In this document: positions 40,421-51,107 of the stretch, piece by piece
Layout of the letters: the number at the start of each line of letters is the position of its first letter
How positions within the stretch are numbered: position 1 is the first letter of the stretch
DNA from: a virus
Virus record (IMG/VR): IMGVR_UViG_3300027754_003435
Length of the DNA stretch: 64,000 nt
Reading direction: 5' to 3' (one strand)
Notes under the pieces: generated by a model
What the model saw: the letters and a program-made list of their open reading frames with translations, nothing else
Databases searched by the model: none
What the model was told of the DNA's origin: nothing
Program-made: the position numbers and the translations under genes

Positions 40421-42309
40421 CCGAATGCCCTCGACCTACCAATTATATCATTATTGGGGTATTTTATTTCAAAAATAGATGGATCTAATGATGGAAAAAG
40501 TATTCCATTTTTTGTTGCTTGGTCAATATTATAAGCATGTGGAGAATAACCCAATGTTTGATCATATAAAGTTTTAAACTTAACATTTACAACAGTTTGA
40601 ACCCCTTCGACTTTATCTATCTCGGTATATACATTGCTTATAACAATTGGCTGATTTATTTGCCATTTTTTAACATCAAAATACTTTTTTAAAGTATCTA
40701 TACAATTTAATACAACACGATTACTATTTTCATCAGGTAAAGTTATTATATCAAATTCAATACCGATATTTATTATATAAGCGTCACGTAAATTTATAGC
40801 GTCTGTTAATATTCTGTGATGATTAAGATAAGTTTTTAAGTTTTCTTTAGTTGCATCATTCACAGGAATAAGTTTATTATTACCATCATATCCCAACGTA
40901 TAAAAATTCAATCCAAAATTATTTTCAATTCTATCACTATTATAAATAGATTCACGAGTTAGTTGTGTGTCTTTTGTAATATATGCTTTTGCAATAGAAC
41001 CATATTTTTGCGGTAAACTATATGCTCTTATTATATAATCTTCTTTTGTTACAGCACGATTTTGTGAAGCAAAATGGGCTAAAGCGTTTTGACGAATTTC
41101 ATTTATTTCTTCAGATATTTTAGCTCCAGTTGCAGGCTTAGGATTTGTTACTGCTAAACTACCAACACATTGAAAACTAAGATTTGCGTCCAAACCAGTT
41201 TCATCTACAACAAGTGTTCTTGAAACAATATTGGTAATAACTTCACTTGAAACATTGTCTGTTATACCAGCACCAGTTGTATAATAAATAGTCAATGTTG
41301 TATTATTGGGTGCTAATCCATAAGTCTTGGTATATAAAAAGTTTGAAGGATCAATATCTGGAGAATAGTTTGGAGCAATTCCATTTAATGAACTACCAAC
41401 TAAATCTGGATTTGGTATTAATAGTTCATCATCCAAATCAGCAACACCTGCACCGAATTGTATACTAAATTTACCTTCCGCGGTTTGTCTTGATGTAAAG
41501 CGTCTTGAGACTTTTCTTAATTTAAGTAAATATGGAGTCTCTGTTCTGTATTGACTTAAACTCTTATCGTTTCTTGTTATGTTTGGAGTTGGTTCAAAAA
41601 TAGTATCCATCGCTAAGTAAGGAACATGATGCCATTTATTACCGTCTGAATCCATTGCATATAAAATTTCAATTAAATTTGGTTCATCCAAAACAACTTT
41701 ATCATATGGTTTTGGTTCATTAAATATAAATTCAGTTGAATTTAATTTTCCAGATACAACTTTTGTTGATTTTTTAAGTAACCAAAATAATATCTCACCT
41801 GTACCTTCATCCACCTCATATGGAGTAACTTCAGTTGGACTAAAACTACTACTAAACTTAAAATCCAAATAATCAATTGTTCTGAATTGTGTTTTTGCAT
41901 TATTATTAACATCAACTAACATTCCTGGTTCGATTGCAAATGCGTAAGTATAATCTGGAACTATATTACCGTTAATTTGAATCGATGGTAATATCTGAAA
42001 TACATCAAGAAGTGTATTTGAAGCAACTCGATTCTTAGGCATATAACCTAACGATTGTGCTATGTTTAAAATATTTTCTTTTTCGGAAGCATGTAATATT
42101 AATGATTCTTGTAAAGTAACATCAGTATAATATGACAATACATCACCAACGTATGCTGCCATTTCTAAAAAAAGCATACCAGGTGACGTTTCGTTAAAAT
42201 CTTGATAACTATCTGGAAAATAATTCTTTGTAAAATCAATCAAGTTTTGTTTTAACGAACCGAAATCTCTAGATAAATATCTAATATCCTTGCGTACCAA
42301 ATCACTCAT
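40417..42309 (-). CDS. Baseplate wedge protein (T4 gp6 / baseplate J-like)
   Basis: YLSRDFGSLKQNL...GMLFLEMAAYVGDVLSYY; QNRAVTKEDY; likely start ATG 42309. Confidence 0.9.
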   Translation of the reverse strand: MSDLVRKDIRYLSRDFGSLKQNLIDFTKNYFPDSYQDFNETSPGMLFLEMAAYVGDVLSYYTDVTLQESLILHASEKENILNIAQSLGYMPKNRVASNTLLDVFQILPSIQINGNIVPDYTYAFAIEPGMLVDVNNNAKTQFRTIDYLDFKFSSSFSPTEVTPYEVDEGTGEILFWLLKKSTKVVSGKLNSTEFIFNEPKPYDKVVLDEPNLIEILYAMDSDGNKWHHVPYLAMDTIFEPTPNITRNDKSLSQYRTETPYLLKLRKVSRRFTSRQTAEGKFSIQFGAGVADLDDELLIPNPDLVGSSLNGIAPNYSPDIDPSNFLYTKTYGLAPNNTTLTIYYTTGAGITDNVSSEVITNIVSRTLVVDETGLDANLSFQCVGSLAVTNPKPATGAKISEEINEIRQNALAHFASQNRAVTKEDYIIRAYSLPQKYGSIAKAYITKDTQLTRESIYNSDRIENNFGLNFYTLGYDGNNKLIPVNDATKENLKTYLNHHRILTDAINLRDAYIINIGIEFDIITLPDENSNRVVLNCIDTLKKYFDVKKWQINQPIVISNVYTEIDKVEGVQTVVNVKFKTLYDQTLGYSPHAYNIDQATKNGILFPSLDPSIFEIKYPNNDIIGRSRAFG

Positions 42310-42805
42310 TATATATAGCCTCTTGTATGGACAACCCACCAGTTTCAGATATAAATATCTTAATGGGTAAATATATTGTAGTTCCTATTATATTAACCGA
42401 AAATTTTATACTAACCGCATGGTCTGGTTCAGAAACTCTTCCATCGTCGGTTAAGTCTAACTTTATTGTTAGATTTTCAACAGTTAAAAATGGCATCCAT
42501 TCTGTGAATGCCGATATTATCTCATTTTTTAAACTTGTTATGAACGTATCTTCATCTGTAATATTTTCAAAAAGTATAGCACGTAAATTTGTCCCAAACG
42601 TAGGTGACATATATCGTTCACCTTTTGCTGTTAATAAAAGATTTCTGACATTTGATAATATTTGTACACGGTTTGTTGTACTTTGAAAAAAGACACCAGC
42701 TGGATTATTAAATGGTAGTGTAACACCGATGTATTTAGTTCCAGAATCGTTTCCAGTAAGAGATGTTGTAACAGATTCTTGCCGTTTTCTTCTATAAATT
42801 GACAA
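42302..42805 (-). CDS. Baseplate wedge protein gp25-like
   Basis: LLLTAKGERYMSPTFGTNLRAILFE...WMP. Confidence 0.9.
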   Translation of the reverse strand: MSIYRRKRQESVTTSLTGNDSGTKYIGVTLPFNNPAGVFFQSTTNRVQILSNVRNLLLTAKGERYMSPTFGTNLRAILFENITDEDTFITSLKNEIISAFTEWMPFLTVENLTIKLDLTDDGRVSEPDHAVSIKFSVNIIGTTIYLPIKIFISETGGLSIQEAIYNE

Positions 42806-42808
42806 TTG

Positions 42809-43240
42809 TTATCTCCCTTTCTTTTCATCTATTTTTTTCATTAAATCAGAATAATTTCTTGTTAACGCATTCATAACATCGTCTGGTACTTCATTTGGTT
42901 CAACTCCTTGTGGAATAGCACCGTGTTTATTACTTCCAAACGATTTCGCCATGTCAGATGTGAAATGAAGTTCGTCTTCAATATCATAACTCTCTTGTAA
43001 ACTCCTACGAGTTTCTTCTAATAAATCATGTATAGAGTTAAAATTAGTCTTTTTTTGTTTTTTTATATCAGAAGTTAAATTAGATTTTTGAACTGTCTGA
43101 TGTAAATCCATTCCATGCTGTAATTCTTTTATTTGACTTTTTTTACTTAACTGAGTTGAATTCATTTTTTTATCGATGGCATATTCAACCTCTTCTCTTA
43201 TGATCTGCCGTATCGTATTAAAAAATTTAGACGTTTCCAT
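42809..43240 (-). CDS. Hypothetical protein
   Basis: IRQIIREEV N-terminus; late-motif candidate 30 nt upstream. Confidence 0.6.
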   Translation of the reverse strand: METSKFFNTIRQIIREEVEYAIDKKMNSTQLSKKSQIKELQHGMDLHQTVQKSNLTSDIKKQKKTNFNSIHDLLEETRRSLQESYDIEDELHFTSDMAKSFGSNKHGAIPQGVEPNEVPDDVMNALTRNYSDLMKKIDEKKGR

Positions 43241-43288
43241 AAAACTACCTTTTGTTTATTTAACATTTCATATAAATAGAAAAAATTA

Positions 43289-45169
43289 TTATTTCTCAAC
43301 TATATCGTCATATATACTTTTCAGAGCAGAATTTAATTTTCCTGTATTTTTTGATGTAATTTTTTTATAGTAATCGTTTACTGCAGGAGTTCTTCTAAAT
43401 TTACCATTCAATTGTGATATTACTTTTTGTGGTTGTCCAGTAGGAGTACATTTTAATAGTCCAAATAGTCCATCTTCACCAAATTTCCAAATAGTAGTAA
43501 CTTTAACTGTCATATCAGTTCCGTTTGCAGCAATACCACCATTTGTATTTCCACCCATGTGAACACACGTACCATCTGGATTTAAGAATATCAACATTTC
43601 CACGTGACCACCTTTACTTACAATAGCTGTTTCCCACCCACAAGTTAATAAGTGCCGTATTAAAGCAAGTCCTTCTTTAGTCATACCATTCGCAGTATAG
43701 TGATATTCTTCCCAAAAAAAGCAAACAATTGGATCTGGTAAATATTTTTCATAAACTGTTATTGGTAACTTTGGTCCAGAAAGTGTTGTTGTTTGTTTTA
43801 TCTTATAATCCAATAAAATCGGATCACCTGGTCCAGTTGTACCATCTGGATTTGTAATTGTAGTTTCCTGATACTGATCAAGTAGGGTTGGGTCGGTAGA
43901 TAAACCATCTTCATCTATTTGTCCTTCTACTTTTTGTCCTCTTTTAGTTTTTTTTCCAACTTTTAAATTTTTTGTTAGAATTTTTTCTTCTGTTATAACA
44001 GATTCTTGCGCTTCTGTTTTGAAATAGAATGCTCTAGCTCTAACAGCATCCGCACTTGATCTACCAGCAAAAGAAATTTTATCAAAACCAGGTACTAATT
44101 GTTCTTTACCATTTATTATACAAGCAGGTACTCCTGCAAAACCACCGCCTTCTGGAAATGGTATTTTTTTTGAATGATTCCATCCCGCTCCATTACCTGC
44201 TGCAGCTCCTGTTACAGATGTACCTTTAAATGCTTTATATTTACCGGCTCTAACATAAAAATTAGTAGAAAGTCCGCACCACCAAGGTTCATCTGCCCAA
44301 GTTGCATTTTTACCATGTTTACCACCATACGTTCCAATTGTAAATTCACCACCCTTATTATATACAGACATAGTCATCATCATCAATTGTTCGGTATTTT
44401 CTTGTCCAACATAAGGTACTATTGGATTCCATATACCAGTCTCTGGAAAGTTTAGAAATAACGGAACATCTATAACACCCTGTGGTCCCTGTGTAAATCC
44501 AGTTGCTCCACTATATAAAGTAGTTTCCGAAGCATTAAATTTATATGGAACAAAAAATTGAATTGGTCCAGCCCATTGTTCTAATTCCCATTTTGGAAAG
44601 CCCGAACCTTGCGGGTTCGCGTTAACGCCTCGATACGCCCAATATTTTCCACCTAATTTTCTATCGACTCCATAAACTTTTTTTACCCAAGGATTACCCG
44701 CAAGACTCACATTCTGCCATATAAAATTCCAATTAGCAACTTGGTAATTTGTAACACTTGTACCTGCTGGTGGTTGAGTATTACTTCTTGATAATTCTAT
44801 ACTTTTTTGGTCAGTCATTGCAGCACTTTGTTCAACATTTTCATCCGCCTTTGCAGGTGTTGTATTGGATTTTTCCTTAGCTTCATTTTTTTCATTTGGT
44901 GTAACAACAGGTGGTGTAACAACAGGTGGTGTAACAACAGGTGGCGTAACAACAGGTGGTGTAACAACAGGTGGTGTAACAACAGGTGGTGTAACAACAG
45001 GTGGTGTAACAACAGGAGTTGGTGTTGGTGTAGGTGTTACAGTAGTTCCTTGACCTACATTACTATCACCACCTCTATCTGGATCGTAATCTATTAATAT
45101 AGTTTTTCTTTCAGAATTACTAACACTTGGATTTTCATCTTCAACATCATACAATATAAGATCTGCCAT
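43289..45169 (-). CDS. CHAP/NlpC-P60-like peptidoglycan hydrolase with Pro-rich linker
   Basis: PWWCG (Cys at 44276-44278) and GGHVEML...MGGNT (His at 43604-43606). Confidence 0.6.
   Translation of the reverse strand: MADLILYDVEDENPSVSNSERKTILIDYDPDRGGDSNVGQGTTVTPTPTPTPVVTPPVVTPPVVTPPVVTPPVVTPPVVTPPVVTPPVVTPNEKNEAKEKSNTTPAKADENVEQSAAMTDQKSIELSRSNTQPPAGTSVTNYQVANWNFIWQNVSLAGNPWVKKVYGVDRKLGGKYWAYRGVNANPQGSGFPKWELEQWAGPIQFFVPYKFNASETTLYSGATGFTQGPQGVIDVPLFLNFPETGIWNPIVPYVGQENTEQLMMMTMSVYNKGGEFTIGTYGGKHGKNATWADEPWWCGLSTNFYVRAGKYKAFKGTSVTGAAAGNGAGWNHSKKIPFPEGGGFAGVPACIINGKEQLVPGFDKISFAGRSSADAVRARAFYFKTEAQESVITEEKILTKNLKVGKKTKRGQKVEGQIDEDGLSTDPTLLDQYQETTITNPDGTTGPGDPILLDYKIKQTTTLSGPKLPITVYEKYLPDPIVCFFWEEYHYTANGMTKEGLALIRHLLTCGWETAIVSKGGHVEMLIFLNPDGTCVHMGGNTNGGIAANGTDMTVKVTTIWKFGEDGLFGLLKCTPTGQPQKVISQLNGKFRRTPAVNDYYKKITSKNTGKLNSALKSIYDDIVEK
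43985..44005. repeat. Third copy (21 nt exact) of the ESVITEE repeat core
   Basis: TTCTTCTGTTATAACAGATTC, identical to the first 21 nt of 5929-5961 and 6418-6450. Confidence 0.95.
44898..45017. repeat. 15-nt coding tandem repeat, 8 units (PVVTP)
   Basis: GGTGTAACAACAGGT x8 with two single-base variants. Confidence 0.97.
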
Positions 45170-45189
45170 TAATTTCTCTGTTTTTTACA

Positions 45190-47709
45190 TTAAGGATTAA
45201 CTTCAGGACATTTATCATCACCTATATAACCCCAAGGAAATTCTACCGTATAACCCTGATCATCTGGTTTCAATGATACAAAATAATTTTTATTCTCCGT
45301 GTTCCAAATTTTTTGACGTGCATTTGCTCTTTGATTATTTTGATTTCTACCTTGGCCAGAGCAAATAACATACGTATACGTTTTATCACCAATAGTGTAC
45401 GTACTAATATCTGGTTTTTTAACATCATCCTTACCGATGGAAGGATACGATGTTTGTTCATTAAATACACCACCATCGAGAATTAACTTTCCACCAATTT
45501 CAATTATTCGATAATCACCCGACTCTAAACCACCATTTTTAACACTTCTATCAATACCAGCACTATATCTATCAAATTTTTTAATATTTCCAGTAATGTA
45601 ACAATCACCATCAATTAATGTAGGTAAATATGATAATGTTTTTAACTCTGCATTTTTACATTCAAAGTTTCTACACGAAATATTTGCAAGTGTTGTTGGA
45701 AACTGTGTTATAGGATTACTACTACAAATAAAATCACCATAATTTCCGTTTCTATCTCCAAGCATTATTGGATGACCTTCTAATGAAGTTAATTTATTAT
45801 TTTGACAATTAAAACCACTAACCCCTTTTGAAAAAATCTGCGTCATTCCTGTTAATGATGTTAATAGATTTTCAGAGCAATCGAATATGCCACCACCTAA
45901 TGTTTGAAGTGACTCACCACCACTAAAACTTGTCAATCTGTTACCAGAAATATCATATACAACACCGTTACTAATTGCATTTTTTGAAATATCAACACCA
46001 GTAACTTCTTTTGGTCCAAATTTTAATCCTGTTCCACTACCTAATTTATTATCATTTGCCCAAAATGCAAAACATTTTTCTGGTCCACCCGCTAAAGATT
46101 CTAGCTCATTTTTTGAACAATTAAATACACTTCCAACTACTTTAGGCGCTCCGTCTAAAGATTTTAAACCAATACCACTACAATCAAAAACAGAATCAAC
46201 AACACCAAACTTAAATGGAAGTTTACCATCCGATGTAAGTGCCGCTACTGTAAATTTTATATCACCTTTCCAATCAACCGAACCATCTGATTGTATAATA
46301 CCTGTATTTGCTCCTGTTATAATAGCTTTCTTTTCTATTAAACTTTTTATTAAATCTGCAATAGATTTATCACCTTGTATCTCGTCAACTGTTGTTTTTG
46401 GTGGATCAGTCGTTTTAGTAGATGGTTCTGGTGCGGGCGCAGCACCTACTTTGTCTCTCCATTCTGGATCACTTCCACCAAGTACTTCGGGTACAGACCC
46501 CAAACTATCTTTCAATTCTGAATATGGATCTTTTGTTATAGTAGTATCTTCATGCATTGCTTGTATAGTATCCGCTCCCAACGCCAGTTCGTCATATGCT
46601 TCAGTCATTAATGCAGAATTACCAAATCCACCTTGCCCACTTTCATCTTTTATCCTATCCCAATTTTTTGCTTTTTCTATAATTGAATTTTTTAATGAAA
46701 TCGCTTGTTTCATAGAGTCTTCAAATTTTCTAGCTTTATTAATTGTCTCTGATAATTTTTTTACACCATCTTTTTTTGGATCTGAATCTGGAATAAAACC
46801 AAGTCCAACTGCAATAATTTTTTGTAATTTTGGGTCAAGTTTATCAAAATTTCTCCAGCTACTTGCACCAGGTGCAAATTCATTTAAGAAATCTTCACGA
46901 AAAGTAGATACTGCTTCATCAAAAACACTTTTGGCACTTAAATTAGATTTACCTGTAGCAACATCAGTTAATTTACCAGATACTTTAACTATGTTACCGA
47001 GATATGATTCTTTAACGCCCAAACTTCGTGCAAGTTTAGTTTTAAGTTCAGGTGGTAATGAATCATACGCTTTTGGACCGTTTTTAGTCAAATCATATAA
47101 GTTTTTAGTTACGGCAAAAACTTCCCAATATTTTGCTATTTCAAGTGGAGTTATTCCAAATTGACCACCTGCCTGTACAATAAGTGCTTGTAACGGTTTT
47201 GGTAAAGCACCAAAATTAATAGTATCAAAAATTTCCATAAATTGAACACGCTTGTATTTATCATATACAGATAATGCGTTTTTACTAGCTCCAAGAATAC
47301 TGTTTACTGTATTTTTTGTTTTCTCTGAATCAGTTCTTGATACATAATTAGTTGCCGTGTCTATCGTTACATCACCTGAATTGACTAAATCATTAAAAGC
47401 AGATTCTAATGTAATATCTTGTACATATTTCAACTTTCCAAAATACGAAGAAAGTGGTGGTGTATTAAAGTCAAAACCTTCAATATTTGGTAAGTCTTTT
47501 TTATTTCCAGAAAGAATAGCGAGTAATGCTTCTTTAGGCAGGGGTTTTCCCAATGTAGTACTAACAGAAATTAATTCCAACAAAGCTGCTTTTGCCGATT
47601 CTTTTGGATCAATTACCGTTTTAGTTGAAGAAGATGCTGGTGGTACTTCTGGTTCTGCATCATCATTTCGTTTTACTACATAATCTGGATCATTTGAGTC
47701 TATCGGCAT
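45190..47709 (-). CDS. Large protein: helical N-terminal half plus LRR-like repeats
   Basis: FDCS..GLKSL.GAP, FNCSKNELESL.GGP, FDCSENLLTSL, FNCQNNKLTSLEGHP repeats. Confidence 0.7.
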   Translation of the reverse strand: MPIDSNDPDYVVKRNDDAEPEVPPASSSTKTVIDPKESAKAALLELISVSTTLGKPLPKEALLAILSGNKKDLPNIEGFDFNTPPLSSYFGKLKYVQDITLESAFNDLVNSGDVTIDTATNYVSRTDSEKTKNTVNSILGASKNALSVYDKYKRVQFMEIFDTINFGALPKPLQALIVQAGGQFGITPLEIAKYWEVFAVTKNLYDLTKNGPKAYDSLPPELKTKLARSLGVKESYLGNIVKVSGKLTDVATGKSNLSAKSVFDEAVSTFREDFLNEFAPGASSWRNFDKLDPKLQKIIAVGLGFIPDSDPKKDGVKKLSETINKARKFEDSMKQAISLKNSIIEKAKNWDRIKDESGQGGFGNSALMTEAYDELALGADTIQAMHEDTTITKDPYSELKDSLGSVPEVLGGSDPEWRDKVGAAPAPEPSTKTTDPPKTTVDEIQGDKSIADLIKSLIEKKAIITGANTGIIQSDGSVDWKGDIKFTVAALTSDGKLPFKFGVVDSVFDCSGIGLKSLDGAPKVVGSVFNCSKNELESLAGGPEKCFAFWANDNKLGSGTGLKFGPKEVTGVDISKNAISNGVVYDISGNRLTSFSGGESLQTLGGGIFDCSENLLTSLTGMTQIFSKGVSGFNCQNNKLTSLEGHPIMLGDRNGNYGDFICSSNPITQFPTTLANISCRNFECKNAELKTLSYLPTLIDGDCYITGNIKKFDRYSAGIDRSVKNGGLESGDYRIIEIGGKLILDGGVFNEQTSYPSIGKDDVKKPDISTYTIGDKTYTYVICSGQGRNQNNQRANARQKIWNTENKNYFVSLKPDDQGYTVEFPWGYIGDDKCPEVNP

Positions 47710-47810
47710 AAATTGATTCCACGTTAAAAAACTATATAAACACTTTCTAAAATAAATATAAAAAGATTTTTAATTCAGCTAATATCGTAATAACTATAAA
47801 CGTTTTATTT

Positions 47811-49280
47811 TTATCTAATAGCCTGTTTTATTGTTGTTAGTTTTTGTTCATCAGTCTTTCCTACAAATTCTCGAAGATTTATAGTAGTTGTCCCAACGAT
47901 AAATACATCATCTTCCCATGCAAATCCATTACCGTCATCCACCGTGTACATCCTATCAATTGGATAATTTTTTGTTATGTATTGTTCGCCATTGGGTGTC
48001 ATAATATACTGAATATACTCTACTACCGTACCTTTACTTCTATTTCTTTTTTCATATATAACCCGAACCGTCTCACGAATTTGTTCGAGTGGCTTTGCTT
48101 CTGCTTTTGCTGCTGCTTCTGCTTCTGCTACTGCTTTTGCTGCTGCTTCTGCTTTTGCTGCTGCTTCTGCTTTTGCTTTTGCTGCTATTTCTTCTGGCGT
48201 TGTTTCAGGTGTTGCCGGTGGTGTATAAATCAGTTTGCCATCTTTATCTGTTTTATAAGAAATACTATTACCATCAATACCAGTAGTTGTAGTCAACGCA
48301 CTACCATCTTCAAAAACAGTTTTTTTAGTAGTAACACCGTTTTCCTTAGTAGTTGTAGTCGTTGAACCATCTGAATTTTTAGTTATAATTGGTCCAGTTG
48401 GTGGTCCATTTCCTACTGCTTGTTTAAATAAATCACCACTAATCAACGCTTGTATATCTGGATCAAGATCTTCAATACTTCCTTTTCCATATTCACGTAA
48501 CATAAATTGTGTAAGTCCGTCCCAATCTTCAGCAGCTACTAATTCTTCAACAGTTGCTAATTTTTTTATAATAACAACAATTCGTTTTATTGTTTTGGGG
48601 TTTGTTCCTAATGCAGAAGCAATAATAGCTTGAGTCGATGGTGGTAAGTCATTATAAACAGTTAAATCTTTCAATGATGATATTATTTGTGCTTTTGTTA
48701 TTGCATTTTTTGCAGTAACATAAGTTCTATATAATCTCACAGATGTTGCTAATATGGGTAATATATCTCTTGAAGGTAAACCAATTAATTTAGCGAATAC
48801 ATCTTTTTCTGCATTTTTTTCTCTTTTTTGTAATGTCTCCACATCCTCTTTAGATATAGGATTTGAGCCAGATGGATTCAAATAATTTTCAACATAATTT
48901 ACACCAGTACCAACTTGCCCTGCACTCCATTCATATGCACCCGCTACAAACCCACCAAGTGTACCCATTGCGGTTTCAATATACTTTTCTACTGATTCCA
49001 TGTACGGTGTTATAACACCACCGTCACCAAAAAATGAACCAGCCATGACAGTAACCACACAAGTTATAGTAGTTCCACTACCATCGGTTGCTGTTATATT
49101 TGCAGTACCATTTATTATAGATGTAATTGTAGCACTATTTCCAGTTTCACTTGCTTTAATAACAGCAACCGATAGATTATCAGATTTCCATTCTATTGTA
49201 CCAGTTCCACCCGAAGTTTCTATCTTCTGAGTTTTTCCTGCTTCCATAGATATTTTATCTAAACTAAGTTTTAGTGCCAT
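47811..49280 (-). CDS. Ig-like (Big_2) N-terminal domain protein with Ala/Lys/Glu linker
   Basis: WKSDN.SVAVI...G.ANITAT Ig pattern; AKAEAAAK repeats at 48094-48186. Confidence 0.65.
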   Translation of the reverse strand: MALKLSLDKISMEAGKTQKIETSGGTGTIEWKSDNLSVAVIKASETGNSATITSIINGTANITATDGSGTTITCVVTVMAGSFFGDGGVITPYMESVEKYIETAMGTLGGFVAGAYEWSAGQVGTGVNYVENYLNPSGSNPISKEDVETLQKREKNAEKDVFAKLIGLPSRDILPILATSVRLYRTYVTAKNAITKAQIISSLKDLTVYNDLPPSTQAIIASALGTNPKTIKRIVVIIKKLATVEELVAAEDWDGLTQFMLREYGKGSIEDLDPDIQALISGDLFKQAVGNGPPTGPIITKNSDGSTTTTTKENGVTTKKTVFEDGSALTTTTGIDGNSISYKTDKDGKLIYTPPATPETTPEEIAAKAKAEAAAKAEAAAKAVAEAEAAAKAEAKPLEQIRETVRVIYEKRNRSKGTVVEYIQYIMTPNGEQYITKNYPIDRMYTVDDGNGFAWEDDVFIVGTTTINLREFVGKTDEQKLTTIKQAIR

Positions 49281-49308
49281 ATTACTTCTCTATTTAATAA
49301 ATTATATA

Positions 49309-50751
49309 TTAATTATCTATTATAGAATCTAACACATCCACTTTAATAGTTTCTTGTTCTTCAATAGCCATGTTATAACCTATAATTTCGTCAACGTTAT
49401 AAGAATTTTCATCCTCTTCAATACCATCTAATAAACTAGCAGGCTTATCCCCTTCTTTCCCAAACTTACTAGGTTTTACATATTTATTAGTTTTTCTATT
49501 TTTTGCTTCTTCTTGATCCACTCCAGACGGTCCACCTGGATTTTCATTTACGAACGCTTGTTTACTTGGTAGTCTTTCTAAATCGGATAATAGAGTAGCT
49601 AACTGAGAATTAGCGACTGCAAAGTCTCCTGAATTTACTGGTGTACCAGATGGTCCAACTCCAGTTGGGTGCGTTTGAACTTGAATAGCACTAATAACAT
49701 TTTGTAATACAATACATAAATCTGCCAACCATTGTATAGTTCTATTACCCAATAGAATAGGAGAAACCGCATTTAAACCTAAACTTATTTTATTGGATTC
49801 CAATTCAACTACTTGTTTGCCATCTAATGAAATTCCTTTTTCAGAAGAAAATCCTATACCTTCCTTACTAAATCCAATTATCTCTTGTCTTTTTGCATTA
49901 AGAACAATTCTATCACTAGAAATAAGAACCTGATTTCCACCCAACTCATTTTTTTCGTATAATGAAACTTGTTTATTTTTTATAGATGGTGAATAGGTTG
50001 AACTTGGGGTAAATTTAAGATATTGACCAGATGTTAACCATATTGATGCATCATCCACGTCTGGATTTTCTATAATAAATTCATTAAAAGGTGTAGACTT
50101 TGGATTTGTTCCATTTGAAATTATTAATATTGGATTTCCAGTTTCACCTAATCCTTTTTTCCAATGTGGTCTTTGTGGGTAGATTCTACGTTCATCTATT
50201 GTTGAACCAAACCGTATAGATTGACCCCACCTTCCTTCTATTATAATGTCACCAGAATAAGGTTGTATTGGATATACATCCAATCGTTCTGCAAACGCTT
50301 TATCTATTGTATTATCAACTGCTAATCTTGTTTTAACTTTATTTAAAATACCAACTCTTGATTCCTCTCTTGCCGTTGCATTATAAGGTTGTGTAGTAGT
50401 AAGATATGAAGTTGCACCAGGTAGTCCGTTATGATGAACAGAACTTTGTATTGATATTGGATTAGTGTAATAATATTCTTGTGATGTACCGATTGCACTA
50501 TTATATGCAGTTGGTCCTTTCATAAGCATTACTATTTCCCCAATAATAGGAATGTTTTTTATATTTGCATCAAGTGCCCTTGCTTGTACAACGTCGTATT
50601 GTGTTTGAGAACCGAATGCTCCAACAAATTTACACATTATAGAATATAACTTTTCTTTATTTTTTCCAGAAAAATCTACATCTACAACTTCAGCCGGAGT
50701 AATCTCATACTCAACTCCATTCAGAACTATTTTCTGTTGATCCAGTGCCAA
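49309..50751 (-). CDS. Baseplate hub/central spike protein (gp5/VgrG-like)
   Basis: N-terminal OB-like region (IPIIGEIVML), GDIIIEGRWGQSIRFG, beta-helix-like RIVLNAK...ISLG, apex-like THPTGVGPSGTP. Confidence 0.65.
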   Translation of the reverse strand: MALDQQKIVLNGVEYEITPAEVVDVDFSGKNKEKLYSIMCKFVGAFGSQTQYDVVQARALDANIKNIPIIGEIVMLMKGPTAYNSAIGTSQEYYYTNPISIQSSVHHNGLPGATSYLTTTQPYNATAREESRVGILNKVKTRLAVDNTIDKAFAERLDVYPIQPYSGDIIIEGRWGQSIRFGSTIDERRIYPQRPHWKKGLGETGNPILIISNGTNPKSTPFNEFIIENPDVDDASIWLTSGQYLKFTPSSTYSPSIKNKQVSLYEKNELGGNQVLISSDRIVLNAKRQEIIGFSKEGIGFSSEKGISLDGKQVVELESNKISLGLNAVSPILLGNRTIQWLADLCIVLQNVISAIQVQTHPTGVGPSGTPVNSGDFAVANSQLATLLSDLERLPSKQAFVNENPGGPSGVDQEEAKNRKTNKYVKPSKFGKEGDKPASLLDGIEEDENSYNVDEIIGYNMAIEEQETIKVDVLDSIIDN

Positions 50752-51094
50752 TTTTGTTTTCCTCTTGTTCTACTTGAATGTCTTGAATTCCTTTTAATAA
50801 GGCTTCTTTTTCTTCATCGGTCAAGAATGAGGAAGATTCCTCTGTTTTATTACTTGTAGCACGTTGTATAACCGCTGCCAATTTAACTAAATGTTCATCA
50901 TTCTTAACTGACACTTCCATTAAGTCTTTGATAGAAGGAACTAACATACCCGCATCACTTATATTTGTTATAAGTGGTTTTAGGTCTGCAATCAATAAAT
51001 TTAATTGCCGTTCCTTTTTTTTCTGATTGTCATAAATGTCTTTCAACAAATCAGAAAACTTTTTATTTCCGAATAATTCTTGGTCAAAGCTCAT
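50711..51094 (-). CDS. Hypothetical coiled-coil phage protein
   Basis: Likely start ATG 51094 (MSFDQELFG), 3 nt from a TATTTATT motif. Confidence 0.65.
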   Translation of the reverse strand: MSFDQELFGNKKFSDLLKDIYDNQKKKERQLNLLIADLKPLITNISDAGMLVPSIKDLMEVSVKNDEHLVKLAAVIQRATSNKTEESSSFLTDEEKEALLKGIQDIQVEQEENKIGTGSTENSSEWS

Positions 51095-51107
51095 ATTAAT
51101 AAATATG

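Noticed and set aside
44898-45017. 15-nt, 18-nt (30734-30841) and 54-nt (15160-15445) tandem repeats as non-coding arrays
   Set aside because: All are in frame within ORFs and encode low-complexity linkers or stalks, with no spacers
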